Assembly: GCA_030295235.1 (NCBI GenBank)
Contig: AP026167.1
Span: 434,001-498,000 of the forward strand
Reading direction: 5' to 3'
DNA: 64,000 nt
Origin: Fistulifera solaris
Lineage: Eukaryota
A program made the translations under genes and the position numbers. Below, one piece after another: positions 37,961-50,155 of the stretch. Below the pieces are notes generated by a model. It was not told the DNA's origin. It was given only the letters and a program-made list of their open reading frames with translations, and did no database searches. Position 1 is the stretch's first letter; the number at the start of each line of letters is the position of its first letter.

Positions 37961-40245
37961 TTATCTTGTTTTGTCGGTTGGTAGGGCTCGAAACTTTTCT
38001 TTCATGTTGGCATCGGTTACTTGCACTGCCCCGACCTTCTTGGTGACGTAGAAGCATTTGTTCAGCGCGTTGGGTTCCATGACAGCGCTAACGCACACTT
38101 GAGCGATTTCAGCCCGTGACATTGATGTCACATATTCATTGCTTGGTTGCAGGTCGATTGTAGTCTCTTCCGCGGAGGGTATTTCGTTAAAACCGGAGAC
38201 CCGAACGATTGCGTAATTGAGACCGCTATTTCGTACAGTTTCTTCACCACGGTATTTGTAATACGTTTCCTCGGGACTGTTCAGTCTTCCTGCGCCATCC
38301 TTTGCCAAACTTTGGAAGGTGGAATCATCCAAAAGCTTAACTGTGTTGACATCGTTATTACTGCCGGCAAGTGCAAGTTGTCGAGCCTCGTGCCGAATCA
38401 TACTGTTTTGAACCACTGGGGGAATTTGGGCGTCGCTGAGATACACGAACTCAGGTTCAGGTTGCGACTTGTAGAGCTTGATGTAGCTTAGCGCTAAATA
38501 AAAACAACTCCACTCTCCTCTTTCTAGTTTCGCCTTCAATGGATTGCTGGAACTTCGGTATCGAAACCCTATATTGCGAACATCGCTGCCTTGAAACACC
38601 GGCACTGCATTAATATCTTTTGTAACCTTCTCCGTTTGTTGCACCGGCCTAAAGTTTTCAAATGGCAGTCGGACTGTCACAAACTTATTCCGCGACTTAT
38701 TTTTCGCTGTTTGGGATTTGCTCGCTGTGGAGAATTGACAGACGTATTCGATTCCGTTATCGTAGAACTCCTTCGTCCTAACGAACGCCTCATAAGAAGC
38801 GCCATCACTGCATACACGGACAATGAATCCGCCGAAACCAGCCCCAAGATCAATACCATTTTCAGGATCTTGTCGAGATCTTAGGCGGCTTGAAGTAATG
38901 GCAGCTTCGCCACCTGAGCGGCCTTCACTCGGTTTCGGAACTCGACCGACAAACACACCATGCCCGAATTGATTACGGATCCATTGTGTCTGCATTTTGA
39001 CCGATGCATCTTTTATCTTTTCGATTTCTGATTCATAAAGCTTCTCAACGTAGTCGTCGTCATCGTCATCAAAGTTATCATAGATATCAGAGAAATCATC
39101 GGGCTCGTAGCCCAGGTCCCCGCTTGTTGCTCCTGCGGATGCATTTTCGACGTCCTCATCGTCCAGAGAAAAAAGATTGAAATCTTCCGGCCTACCCTGA
39201 AACTTGAAGAGAGACCGCTTGGCAGCTTGAGACGTTCCATAATCGGAATGACGAACGTTCAAAAAGGCCTGAACAATATTATTCAAGCCAATTAAATCAA
39301 CTTGCTTAGCGAGTTGAGCTCGGACTTCCAGAACCGACTCCATCTGCTCCCACTCACGATCACTCGCAGTGCCCTTTTCGGCCAATTTAGGAGCCCCACT
39401 GTCTGTCATGATCTGATCGCCATCTAGATTCTCTTCCATGAACTCACGAAACTTATCCTGGAATTCATCTTCGTCAGCGCGTGGAGGATTCGTGCAAAAA
39501 TAATTTTGTCCACATCAGTCACCGCGTACTCCAGACTTTCAATGTTATTTAAATCCCCTTGACAGTACGTAACTCCTGTCCCCAACATGTTGAGCGTTTG
39601 CGTGTACAAATCGCGGACGAGTACCCGCACACGGGATCGTCCTTCTTGTAAAAGACGCTTCACCACGAGTCGCCCAATTTCACCCGTGGCACCGACAACG
39701 AGAATCTCGGGAATGTAATCATCTTCCGACAATCTTCCTAGAGACGAGGTCCCATCTTGAAAGTTGGTAAAACGATCATCCAGATAGTAGATAGATGATT
39801 TAAGCTCGTCGGATGTTTTAATGGAAGTCAGCGCCGTGTCGATCTGTTTTCGCAGATTTTGTCCCGCTTTGAAAGGATTAAATTTGTCGAGCAAATTTGG
39901 TTTTTCCTGCTCTTCATTTTGTTGTTGCTTGCTTCTCATACGCTCTCCGACCGCTTTTAATAGATCTCGTTTCTTTGCTTCCGCATCTTTTTGATCATTC
40001 TTTTTAGCTTTCTTTCGTTTTGACGGCTCTTTGTTATCACCGCTCACATCGCCAGAATCAGATTTATTCTTGTTGGTATTCGATTGAAGAATGATACGTG
40101 TTCGACTGGCGGAAGCAGGTGTAAACGGTTCGATATGAAGGCTATTCTTGGGTAGAGCAGGCATGGTGTAAGCCTGTGATTCCCAAACAGCCCACAGGAG
40201 CATGCATGGAATATATGAGATGAAACGTCGAGACGTCGAGGGCAT
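37961..40245 (-). CDS. NAD(P)-binding + CIA30-like domain protein (HCF173-like), probably plastid-targeted; frameshift near 39470
   Basis: Signal peptide ending SQA-Y. Rossmann motifs ILVVGATGEIGRLVV and VRVLVRD. CIA30-like insert (RVCSDG..YE, FVTVRLPFENF). Then PEFVYLS, YKYRGEETVRNSGLNYAIVR and SRAEIAQVCV. Confidence 0.78.
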
Positions 40246-40997
40246 GATCTCTTTCATTTTGTTTGTAAAACCTGGTAAAGGATTTAGCAGCAATGAACAT
40301 CACCTGGTATGTCCCTTTGCTATAGACCATGTTTTGCCTTTCCGTGTCAACTCTCATCGTTGTCATCGCGTTCGCGTTATCGACGTATTCCCAGTGAAAG
40401 TTATGGTTAGGGGTTAGGGACTTTCATTCTTCATTTTCATAACTTGTCGGTCCGGTATTACACTAACAAAGTTGAACATAGGTTTTCGCCAAAGCATCAT
40501 TAATCGAGCAACTTCATCAATTACATCCATATCGAACTGCATTGTAGAAGCGTACCTGGTACTGATAAATAATATCATCACTCCGGCAGATCAGTTACGA
40601 CAAAAGCCTTGCGGGTCGTTGTCTCTCGAACTTTACTATATGCTCCAAGTGTAGGCCAAACTTTACCACGACTGCTTTTCGGTCATGAGTCAAGAGTCAC
40701 GACTTTCAATTACGCTACTTCCTTTTGCGAACACATGTTTAGACAAATTGAACTTGAAAGCAACTAAAGCAGCATTTACGATGCACGCCTTCAATTAGTT
40801 ACGTCAAGACTGGAGGGTCGTTGGTCGTTCCCTTCCATCTTGACTAAAGTGTAATAGAGCATCAATGTTACCAAGACTGCATTATTTTAGTCATGATTTA
40901 CGTTCACGCAAAAATTGCTTCCCCTTAATTATTTTGCCTCAAAAACAGCGTTTGTCCCCAAAACGTTTCAGTGAAAAGCAAGCGAAATTCGAATGAA

Positions 40998-43672
40998 ATG
41001 CAAACAATACAAAAGAAACGTATCCCAGCTTTCTTTTTTCTAATATTCCACATCGTCCGATGCTTTCCTAATGCAAAGATTGGCTGGAATTCCTATCATC
41101 CAACGAAACGCGGGCTTCTGTTGGCCATCACCGCCGAAGAATTGGCGTCTCATTCGAATATCACAATTCGATATTCTCACAATTTTCGTCGTCATATTGT
41201 AGAAAAGAATGGAGTTGTCGTTCAAAGTTACTTTTGGCTCGACCAAGCGCTTCAGCAGTATCCAAGGGCCAAATTGCTTCCCGTGTATCCGATTGCCATG
41301 ATCGCGGGGACATCCTTCTATGATAGTCAAGCGTATCCTTTTCATGCAAATGCTCTTAGCGCCTCCGAAAATCGATTGCAACTCATCGATCTATTATGTG
41401 AACATCTGAAGTGGGGTTCTACTCAGGCAAATGGACTTTTGGATCGATGGTCGGGCTTTGAGCTTTACCCGGTGGACTTATTACGTGAAAGGATTGAGTT
41501 TCTAATGGCCCCTCTTCCCGAGGAAGAATTGCTCCTAAAAGTTAATTATACGGAAAATATAGACTGGCCGGTACAATTACTACGACATGGTCGTGGGTGT
41601 GGCTTGTCACTGGCACAAGTCTCACATGCGCTGCAAGTGCTTCCACAATTCATTTTACGACTGCCACAAGTCCCTTCTGCCCGGGCGGTGGATCCTTCTC
41701 TCTTAAAACTAAACGAAGAAACACCTTCGATCTCGGTCGTCATGACGGGAGATAGGATGGAAGCATGGTTGGCGGGAGCATCCGTTGCTGAAACGTTAGC
41801 TTTGGGGTATTTACAATGGAGGGGGTGGACCTGGATGGAATTCAAATTATTGCTGCATGCGTTTCCTTCGATTCTACAACCGGCGCTGGAACCAAACTGG
41901 GATATTAAAGGTCGTGTACGGAATCAATTGCGTCCGGATGTACTTCATTATTTACAGGCGAGGCTTCAATTACGGCCCTGGCATTTACAAGCCATGCTTC
42001 GAACACATTCAGCTTTGTCTACTTATAAATTAAGTTTGATTCAAAGAAACATGGATTTTCTTCAAGGAGCCCTGCAGCTTCAATCGGACCAGCTACGACA
42101 GATACTACTGGAAATGCCCAGCCTTCTGGGTGTGTCGACAATCTCGTTGCAGAAGCGTCTCGACTTTTGGAGGTTCGAGGTCGGTCTCACAACGTCTCGG
42201 TTGAAGGCCTGCTCGCTCGAAAAAGCGTCACTTCTGCATTGCAGCGTGGATGACAACTTGAGGCGAAAGCTTTCTTTTTTCGAAACGATTTAAATATAAG
42301 TGCAGAGAGCCTGATTGGGTTGACCATGTCACGACCAGTAATATGGGCCTATTCCTTGGAGAAAAATCTGGCTCCAACTGCTCAATCCTTTGTGAATTAC
42401 TGTGGGAATATGACTCTAAATGACTATGGACTTTTAGTGACGAAAGTACCACAAGTGTTGCGTAGCAGCTGGAAGACAAACCTGTCTATCAAACTGAAGT
42501 TCTTGAGAGAAACGCTCTCCCTGTCTGACTTTGAGCTTTGTGACTTAATCAAAGCTGTGCCTTGGGTGATGATACAAAGCATGAAGACTCTGGAGTTAAA
42601 AATGTCTATCTTTCGAGAGGAACTGGGGTCCGATGGGCTTTTGGCAGTAAAAAGAAACCCCTCGCTTCTGCTTAGTTCTCCTGACGCCTTGGATAAACGG
42701 GTCCGTCGATGCCTGGAGCATGCAACAGGTGATGTGTCGGTCTTTCATCTGTTAACCGGCTCAGATGAAGAGAAAGCATCGGTTCGTCGTAGACGCGTGT
42801 ATTTGCTCAAACGAGATTCTTCACAAATTGAAGCCGAATTTGCAGGGGTTCCAGACGCCGCCAACTATGCAGGAATGAGCCAGTCTAGGATGTATCGAGC
42901 TCTTCAGCTAGGTCTTCCTGTCCAAGGACGCCGCTTCGCTTATGCTAAGCCAACTGAACAAAGTAGCCAAGCAAACATCTCGCAGGTTATTATGGAGAGC
43001 GAGTTTGCGTCGCTTTCTCTTCTCGCAAGAAATGGTCCCCCGCTAGACCGTTTCTGTGTCGATGTGGCTGGCTACGCCTATCCGCCCGGGCTCCGTGTAC
43101 GGGGTAGAAAACGATCTGGTGGAGTGGCTCTTCACGTCGCCGCATGGTCCATCAGAGATTGGCGCAAGTATTTCCATGTGTGGAGTGGACGGAAGTATAA
43201 ACTTCTACAAGATGAAAAGACGATGATATTGGGCTATCACTACATTCGGGCCAGCCGACCACGCTGTAGCCTGTTCGCGTGTCACGAGGCGCTACGCATA
43301 GCTCGTCTTTGGCTTGCGGAGACGCGTTTAAAATCAGCTGACATTGAGATTCGGTCAGACTCTAGCTATGTCGTAGATCTATTGCAAAACACGACACGAC
43401 TTCTGAAATGGGGCAAAATGGAAAGATTGGAAAAGTGCGACTTTTCGGATCTAGGCGATCCTAAAACTACCTACACGGCCAACCCTGATATCCTCTACAC
43501 TGTCGCGCGATCTTATTATTTCCTGATCCGTCAAGAAAATATAGCAGACAACGAACGCGTGCAGGTTAAAGTTCATTTTAGTTTCTCACCTGCAAGCAGT
43601 AAACCTGGTGCATACGCTAGGAGGGGTGCAAAAGTAGCTGCTCAGTTAATATACGATGCAAGCAGGCCATGA
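40998..43672 (+). CDS. mTERF-repeat protein with C-terminal NUMOD1-like HTH and RNase H-like domains; frameshift near 42290
   Basis: mTERF-type repeats (LLEMPSLLGVS, PVIWAYSLEKNLAPT, PQVLRSSWKTNLSIKLKFL). Then VYLL....IEAEFAGVPDAANYAG and IEIRSDSSYVV...NPDIL. Presequence ends VRC-F. Confidence 0.72.
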
Positions 43673-43782
43673 TGGTACTTAAGTATGATTGAGCACGATG
43701 TACACACTAGATCAAATGAAATCAATGAGATTTTTGCTTACAAGTACAGAGACTGATGATATTATTTGCAATTGTATTGAGT

Positions 43783-45437
43783 CTAGAAAAGCGCAAAGAT
43801 AGCAAAGGCGATTCCGGCGCCAACCATCACCAGCGACATGGGACGGGCAGAGGAAACATAGTCCACACCAGCGCTAGGATCCCAATAAATAATGGACGCG
43901 CGATGAGCGGCATCTCCACCGACAAAAGAGTAGGCAATAGACTCCACCTGCTTGCCTTCTTGGGCACGTCGCTCAGCGCGCTCAACCAACGGTGAGGTCG
44001 CAACGACCTTGATTGTCTGTGAAGTCGTATTGACTGATCGCGAGGACATAATTTCTGTCTCATTCGTGGCCGCCGTTGTCGCATCTGTGGCATCAGTGGT
44101 CTGGTTGGTGCTGGCTCCTTTAGTAGTAGCTTCAGCGGTCTCGGCCCAAGAGTATTCACCAAAGGGTGTAAAGCTGGTAGTGTCGGCCACATCGTCAAAG
44201 GCAATAAAGACATCCTCGGCTTCCATCCTGGCGGCTTCCGATTCCATTCCTTTTCGGTACTTGACATCCACTTTACGCTCAGTTTCGACAGTAGAGAGCA
44301 ACGCAACGAAACTATCATTACTGGTCCAGGGGAAGTCTTTCAACTCGAAATCAATCTTCATTTTATTGGCACTGGCGCTTTCTCCCTTAGGGGCTTGATT
44401 GATGGTGAAGGTGAAAGTAATGTTTCCATCAGGGCTAGTGAGACTAAACGAGGACGTTTCATTGTCGGAGGCAACATCGGAAATCACATTCCAGGTGTTG
44501 AGACTGATAGTCTGTAACACCACATCATTTTCCCAGTCATATGCCTCTCCGGTCGTAGAGTTTTCACCCTTGGTGTATTCAATAATGCTATCGTAGATGA
44601 CTTCAAATTGAGTCTTAGTTTCCTGTTCCGCTTGCAACGCCCGTTGTCCCTCGGCACCTTCCGGCGAATCATCCGCTGCTTCCGTTGGGGGAGGAGTCTC
44701 CGGGAGCTGGGCCCCTTCATCATCAACCGGTGTTTCTTGTGTTTCTTCATCAGCCGGTGGCTCGGGAGTTTCTTCGTCGGCAGGTGGCTCAGGAGATTCT
44801 TTATCAGCCGGCGGCTCGGGAGTTTCTTCGTCGGCAGGTGGCTCAGGAGATTCTTCATCAGCCGGAGGTTCGGCACTCTCTTCTTCCGGAGACGGCTCTT
44901 CTTGGTCCTCATGTTCATGATCATGCTCTTCTCCCTCCTCGTGTTCATGTTCTTTTTCTTCATCTTCGACCTTGATTTTTTGTTCATACTTGATCTTCAC
45001 CATCACACCCTTCTCCGAAGTTCCCACAACGTAATCTATCTCATCCTTGACTTTCGCGTTAGTGTCGTCGCTCTTGGCCTTGCACTTGAACGACACTTCG
45101 TTGGTTTCGGTTTCTTGTCCTAAAAGCGAGCGAGCGTTAGGTCCATCGGATATTGATTGTAGATGCATGATTCGATGCATACAGCCGGATTTCACTTACT
45201 CAGTTTGCAATCACGTTTCTTCGGGGCAATCGGGGACTCTTTCTTCCCTCCTTTACTCTCCGGTTCATCACCGGAATCGTCTGGTTCTTCTGGTTCCGGG
45301 GTCTCCGCCTCCTGTTGCAAAAGGCGGTATTCCGACTGGGCAGTAACACCACGCACCAGAGATCGGCTACGGACGGCAGCACGAGCCGACGGGAGAATGT
45401 ATAGGGATGCAATCAAATAGGCGGAAGCAATCTTCAT
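43783..45437 (-). CDS. Secreted acidic RxL-motif protein with C-terminal membrane/GPI anchor, paralogue A (intron 45120-45199)
   Basis: Signal peptide MKIASAYLIASLYILPSARA. Motifs RSL, RLLQ and RALQ. Glu/Pro-rich repeats. Conserved domain ending YWDPSAGVDY plus a hydrophobic tail. Confidence 0.8.
44737..44871 (-). repeat. Coding 27-bp tandem repeat x5 (EPPAD[E/K]E[S/T]P) with 54-bp higher-order period
   Basis: EPPADEESP-EPPADEETP-EPPADKESP-EPPADEETP-EPPADEETQ. A near-identical DNA block recurs 54 bp apart. Confidence 0.92.
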
Positions 45438-46044
45438 GTTGGAGTTGTTTTAAATTAGAAAATGATTAGAAGGAATGACAATTATCGTTTGATGAAGAAA
45501 GAATAATGTGAAGATGAGAGGTGCGGAAAACGACCACAATCCACGATGCACGATCCACCGATGGACGTGGCTGGCGCGCCATGGTCCGTTGAATAGCCAC
45601 GTCCGATAACAATCGAAGACCGGTATTCAGATTTCCATAGTAAGCAAAAACTCCCTCCACCTGGAAAGGTAAAAGGTGCGCGTCGAAGGAGCAGTCGGAG
45701 TATCTTTTGCACTTCGAGCGAGTATAGTCAAATTTCAAATGTTGTCACAGTTCAACCGTTGTGTGGTGACGAAATCAGAAGCCTGCGAAATCAAAATACG
45801 GAGTACAAGTATCGTGAATGAATAGGAACGCCATCGATCTTTCGAATGATGTCACTGATGTTCACCCTGTGATCCATATCTTGTCGTCACGTCGCAACAA
45901 ATACGTACGTGTTGGAAAAGGAATATAGAAGCTCATCATCTTGCGATCGGTTTGATGCGCTAACGAGGCAAAAGATAACATAAGTTCTACAACAATGTTC
46001 TATCTTTAGTGTATATGGAGACCACAATTCTCAGAAAATGCATC

Positions 46045-47722
46045 CTAAAATGCTGTGAAGAGAGCCAAGACAAGCCCTGCACCCGCCATTGCCAAAGACA
46101 GAGGACGAGCGGACGATTGATAGTCCACTCCCGCGCTCGGATCCCAGTAAATGCGAGAGGCACGATGGGCCGCATTTCCACCGACGAACGAATAGGCAAT
46201 CGATTCCACCTGCTTGCCTTCCTGGGCACGACGATCGGCGCGCTCAACCAAAGGCGAGGTCGCCACAACCTTGATGGTATGGGGAGCCGAAGCAGTGGAA
46301 GAAGTATTGACCGAGCGCGAAGACATGATTTCCGTCTCATTGGTGGATGACTCGATCGTTGTCGTGTTCGTAGAATCATCGGTGTCTATAGGATTGTTGC
46401 TAGGCCCAGTGGAAGTCGCTTCCGCCGTCTCAGCCCACGAATATTTGCCAAATGGTGTGAAACTGGACGTATCTACAACATCGGCAAACGAAATAAAAAT
46501 ATCTTTCGGTGCCATTCCTCCTTCGGTTTCGACGTCTTGCCCGTACTCCACATCTACCGTGCGTTCAGTTTCAACGGTGGAAAGCAATGCAACAAAACTC
46601 TCGTCGCTGGTCCAAGGAAAGTTGTTTAGCTCGAAATCAATTTTCATTTTATTGGCAGTGATGCGCTGCCCATCAGCAGCTTGATTGATTGTAAAAGTAA
46701 ATGCCGTGGTATCATCCGGGCTAGAGACATTGAACCTTGACGTTTGACCATCGGTGGCAACCTCGGACATAACATTCCAAGTGTTGAGAGAAATGGTCTG
46801 AAGAACAACATCGTTTTCCCAATCATAAGCTTCGCCAGTGGTAGACCCAGATCCTTTCGTGTATTCAATGATGCTGTCGTAAACAACTTCAAATTCAGTC
46901 TCCGTTTCCTGCTCCGCTTGCAAAAGGCGCTCACCCTCAACACTCTCTTCTTCGTTTGCTTCCTCAGACGGTGGGGGGAATCTCTGGGCGTTCTGCCATT
47001 TCTTCATCCGCATTGGGCGACTCGTCAGGATAATCTCCGTTGGCAGAGGGTTCGTTCATTTCCTCGTCTTCCGGTTCAGCATCTGATTCCCCTTCTGCTT
47101 CGTCTTCCTCTTTGCCCTCCGATCCTTCATCAGCCTCGTTTTCTTCGACCTCAATTTCTTGTTCGTACTTGATTCGGACCATCAAACCCCTATCAGAGGT
47201 TTCTACTGTATAGTCGATTTCGTCTTTGACTTTGGCGTTGGCGTCATCAGACGTGGCCTTGCATTCAAAAGTAACCCCATTGGCTTCGTGTCCTGTTACG
47301 GTAATTTGGATAAGAAAGGTGTTCGCAACATGAAGTTAGTTGATTGACACAAAGTGTATGGGAACTTACTGGTTCGGCAATCACGTCTCTTTGGGGCAAT
47401 AGGAGACTCCTCGTCCTCGTCGTCGTCTTCATATTCCTCCTCTTCCATCTCGGGTTTTTTCTTCATCCGTCTCGGCGTCGTCCGTGTCGGTTTCTTCCCT
47501 CTCAGTTCCTTCTGTCTCGGTTTCTTCCATCTCCGTTGCTTCCACGCTGGGTTCTTCTGTTCCGGTTTCTTCCCCATCTCCATCCGTGGTTTCTTCCAAA
47601 GAACGAGAATCGACACGACCAGGAACTCCCCGCACAAGAGACCGACTGCGCACGCCTGCATACGCCGACGGGAGAACACAGAGAGAGACAATAAAGAGAC
47701 TGTAGGCAGAAGCAATCTTCAT
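46045..47722 (-). CDS. Secreted acidic RxL-motif protein, paralogue B (intron near 47294-47369; frameshifts)
   Basis: MKIASAYSLF signal. RSRSLVRG, SRSLEE and ERLLQ motifs. Shares ESPIAPK.RDC, TTGEAYDWENDVVLQTISLNTWNV, ANKMKIDFEL and YWDPSAGVDY with paralogue A. Confidence 0.8.
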
Positions 47723-48160
47723 ATCGATTGATCGATTTTAGAGCGTCTTTCAATAAAAAAAATCAGTTTTATTGATTTGTGAGATGAAAAAATAATGAAA
47801 AATGGATTGGATCGTGGATCTTTGGATCCTCTCATAGCAACGATTGATGACGTGCCAACACGTCCGTTGTAGGTGAAAAAGTAGTCGTGCAACTATCGGT
47901 TTTCTTCATCCCTTGGATCTCACGTTTTATCTATAGTAGCAAAAGTTGGAGCACGCGTTCATGACATCGTCATTGGTCGTGTCAAAAACTCTTCGACACG
48001 TCATCATCCACAAGCAACCACGCCCACTTTGCACTTTGGTCTTTGGTCTCAAAAGTAGTGTTGTGAAGGAATTTCTTTATTTAAGGTGAAGGTTGTTAAG
48101 TCTATAAGTATAACTTTAACCCTTGACGGGAAGTGTGATCATCGTTCGTCGCGATCGACC

Positions 48161-50039
48161 ATGGACGCATTAAAACTTTATGATAGCCTCGATCATCAAT
48201 CACTACAGCACTTGTATAACGGAAAGCGACGCAACTCTTGACGTCGTATTATACCGAGCCAAGCGAGAGAAGAACAGCATTGAATTCTTTAGAAAGCTAC
48301 GCCGCAGTGTACCATGGGAGCCGATTATGAACAGGATGAACCTGAATTTCTCCCTTTGGAGATCGATAGGACACTGCTGAACCCTTCACAGCGATCGCGG
48401 TATACCAGTACAGAGGATTCTCACGAACCCGAATGGATACGAGCGTATTGGTTGGGTTTTGGTATGTTTTTGATTCTTGCAGCCTTTTGGTTACTCGACA
48501 CATTGTAAGTCGGACGATTGCCGACGGATTGTATGATACACCCTTCCGTCCTCTCATCACCCATCACACAGAAAAGAGCCGACATTCGGGTCATTGGTGG
48601 CTGGAAATTTAGATCATCATCTTCCAATTGCCAAGTTAGTCAGCGTTGCTGCCACTTTAGTTCTGGTTTGTTGTGTCGAATATTTATCGAATCGCCATGA
48701 TCTCGAAATGCGACAAAGTACACTGCAGGAAAAAGAGGTATCGGAAGGACCCGAAACTTGGTCCACTATGAACGTGGCGACAACCTCCACCAATTTCGAT
48801 CGATTGTCGTACCATAGTGATATCACGGACGATCCACTCTCTTCACGGATATTCCTTTACGTATGCATTCCCTATTGCATCATCTTTGCCATCATGGCGT
48901 CATTATTGCAATTCAATCCGTTGGTGGCCCTGACCGATCCAGCGAAAGATCTGAATGCGACCACAACGTATTGGAATGTAGTTGGTTACTGTTGGTTTGC
49001 CGCCGTAGAATCCTTCGGGTCCATTGCCGTCGCCACGTTTTGGTCCTTTTGCAATTCGAATTTGTCGTTACACGATGCGGAACGATTTTACGGTATTATC
49101 ATTGCCTTGGCGCAGCTGGGAGCAATTTTGGGCAGCACCATGGTGACGACTCGGATTTGGACCAGTATTACACTGATTGTGCTCGCGTGTCTTATTATTG
49201 TTTTGCACGTGATTGTGATGCGTATATACAGTCGACGCTATCCGAGTACCAGCGATGTGCCGCAAGAGCCGACCGAAGACGACAACGATACAGACGGAGA
49301 CAGTTTCTGGACAGGAATATACCACATTGTTGGCAACAATTACGTCATTTTGATTATGGGTGCATCCTGTCTTTACGAAGTATCCCTCACTTGTTTGGAT
49401 TACCAACTAAAGCTTCTGGGTTACAGTCGTTTCGAAGAGAGTGATCACAAAATGTCGTTTAAGCAATTCATGGGACACTACGGTCAGCTAGTGAACGTCT
49501 CAAGTCTTTTTATATCGTCCATCATCTTCCCTCGGTTCATACAGCGATTTGGATTACGGATAACGATTCGTTTATTTCCTACCCTACTCTTGGTGATTAA
49601 TGTATTGACCTTTGGTGCGATACCAGGAAACCTGACCGTGCTCTTCTTGTCCATGTCACTTCTGAAAGCGATGACCTACAGTATGCACGATCCCGCCAAA
49701 GAAATATTGTACATTCCTACTTCCAATTCAATCAAGTTGAAGTCGAAGTTTTGGATTGATGTGGTGGGAGCACGAGTTGCCAAAGCCATCGGTAGCACCA
49801 TCAATAAAATGGCGGGAAGCGTGGATCGTAGTATCCGCGTGGCCAGTGCACCAAGTCTTCTAACGGCGGCTTTATTGTGGTGGGTCTGTTATCGCGTCGG
49901 GGAACAATTTGATGATCTTGTCGCGAGTGGGACTGTCGTTGGAGCAAAAAAGCAGGAACTCAACTCACTGGATCGAAGTCAGTTTCGTCCTGTTGACACG
50001 TACGAGGATGAAAAGGACGATGACGCTCAGTCGAGCTAA
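48161..50039 (+). CDS. TLC/NTT-family nucleotide transporter (start uncertain; intron near 48505-48571)
   Basis: FWLLDTL|KEPTF, ESFGSIAVATFWSFCN, AERFYGII, KAMTYSMHDPAKEILYIP, KSKFWIDVVGARVAKAIGS. About 12 TM helices. Confidence 0.85.
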
Positions 50040-50155
50040 GATATAGCTACAGAGACACCTAGGCATATTATCCATGCAATGTTATATAAATTCCCATCTG
50101 TGGCAATTGAAGCGTGTCCCGACTGGTAAGTTGCAACTTGACATTCGCGAATCCT

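Noticed and set aside
40405..40419. GGTTAGGGGTTAGGG telomere-like sequence
   Set aside because: Only two imperfect units, too short to call an interstitial telomere.
2080..43672. Programmed ribosomal frameshifting as the cause of split ORFs
   Set aside because: The breaks affect many unrelated genes, and I saw no shared slippery-site or structure pattern; sequencing error is simpler.
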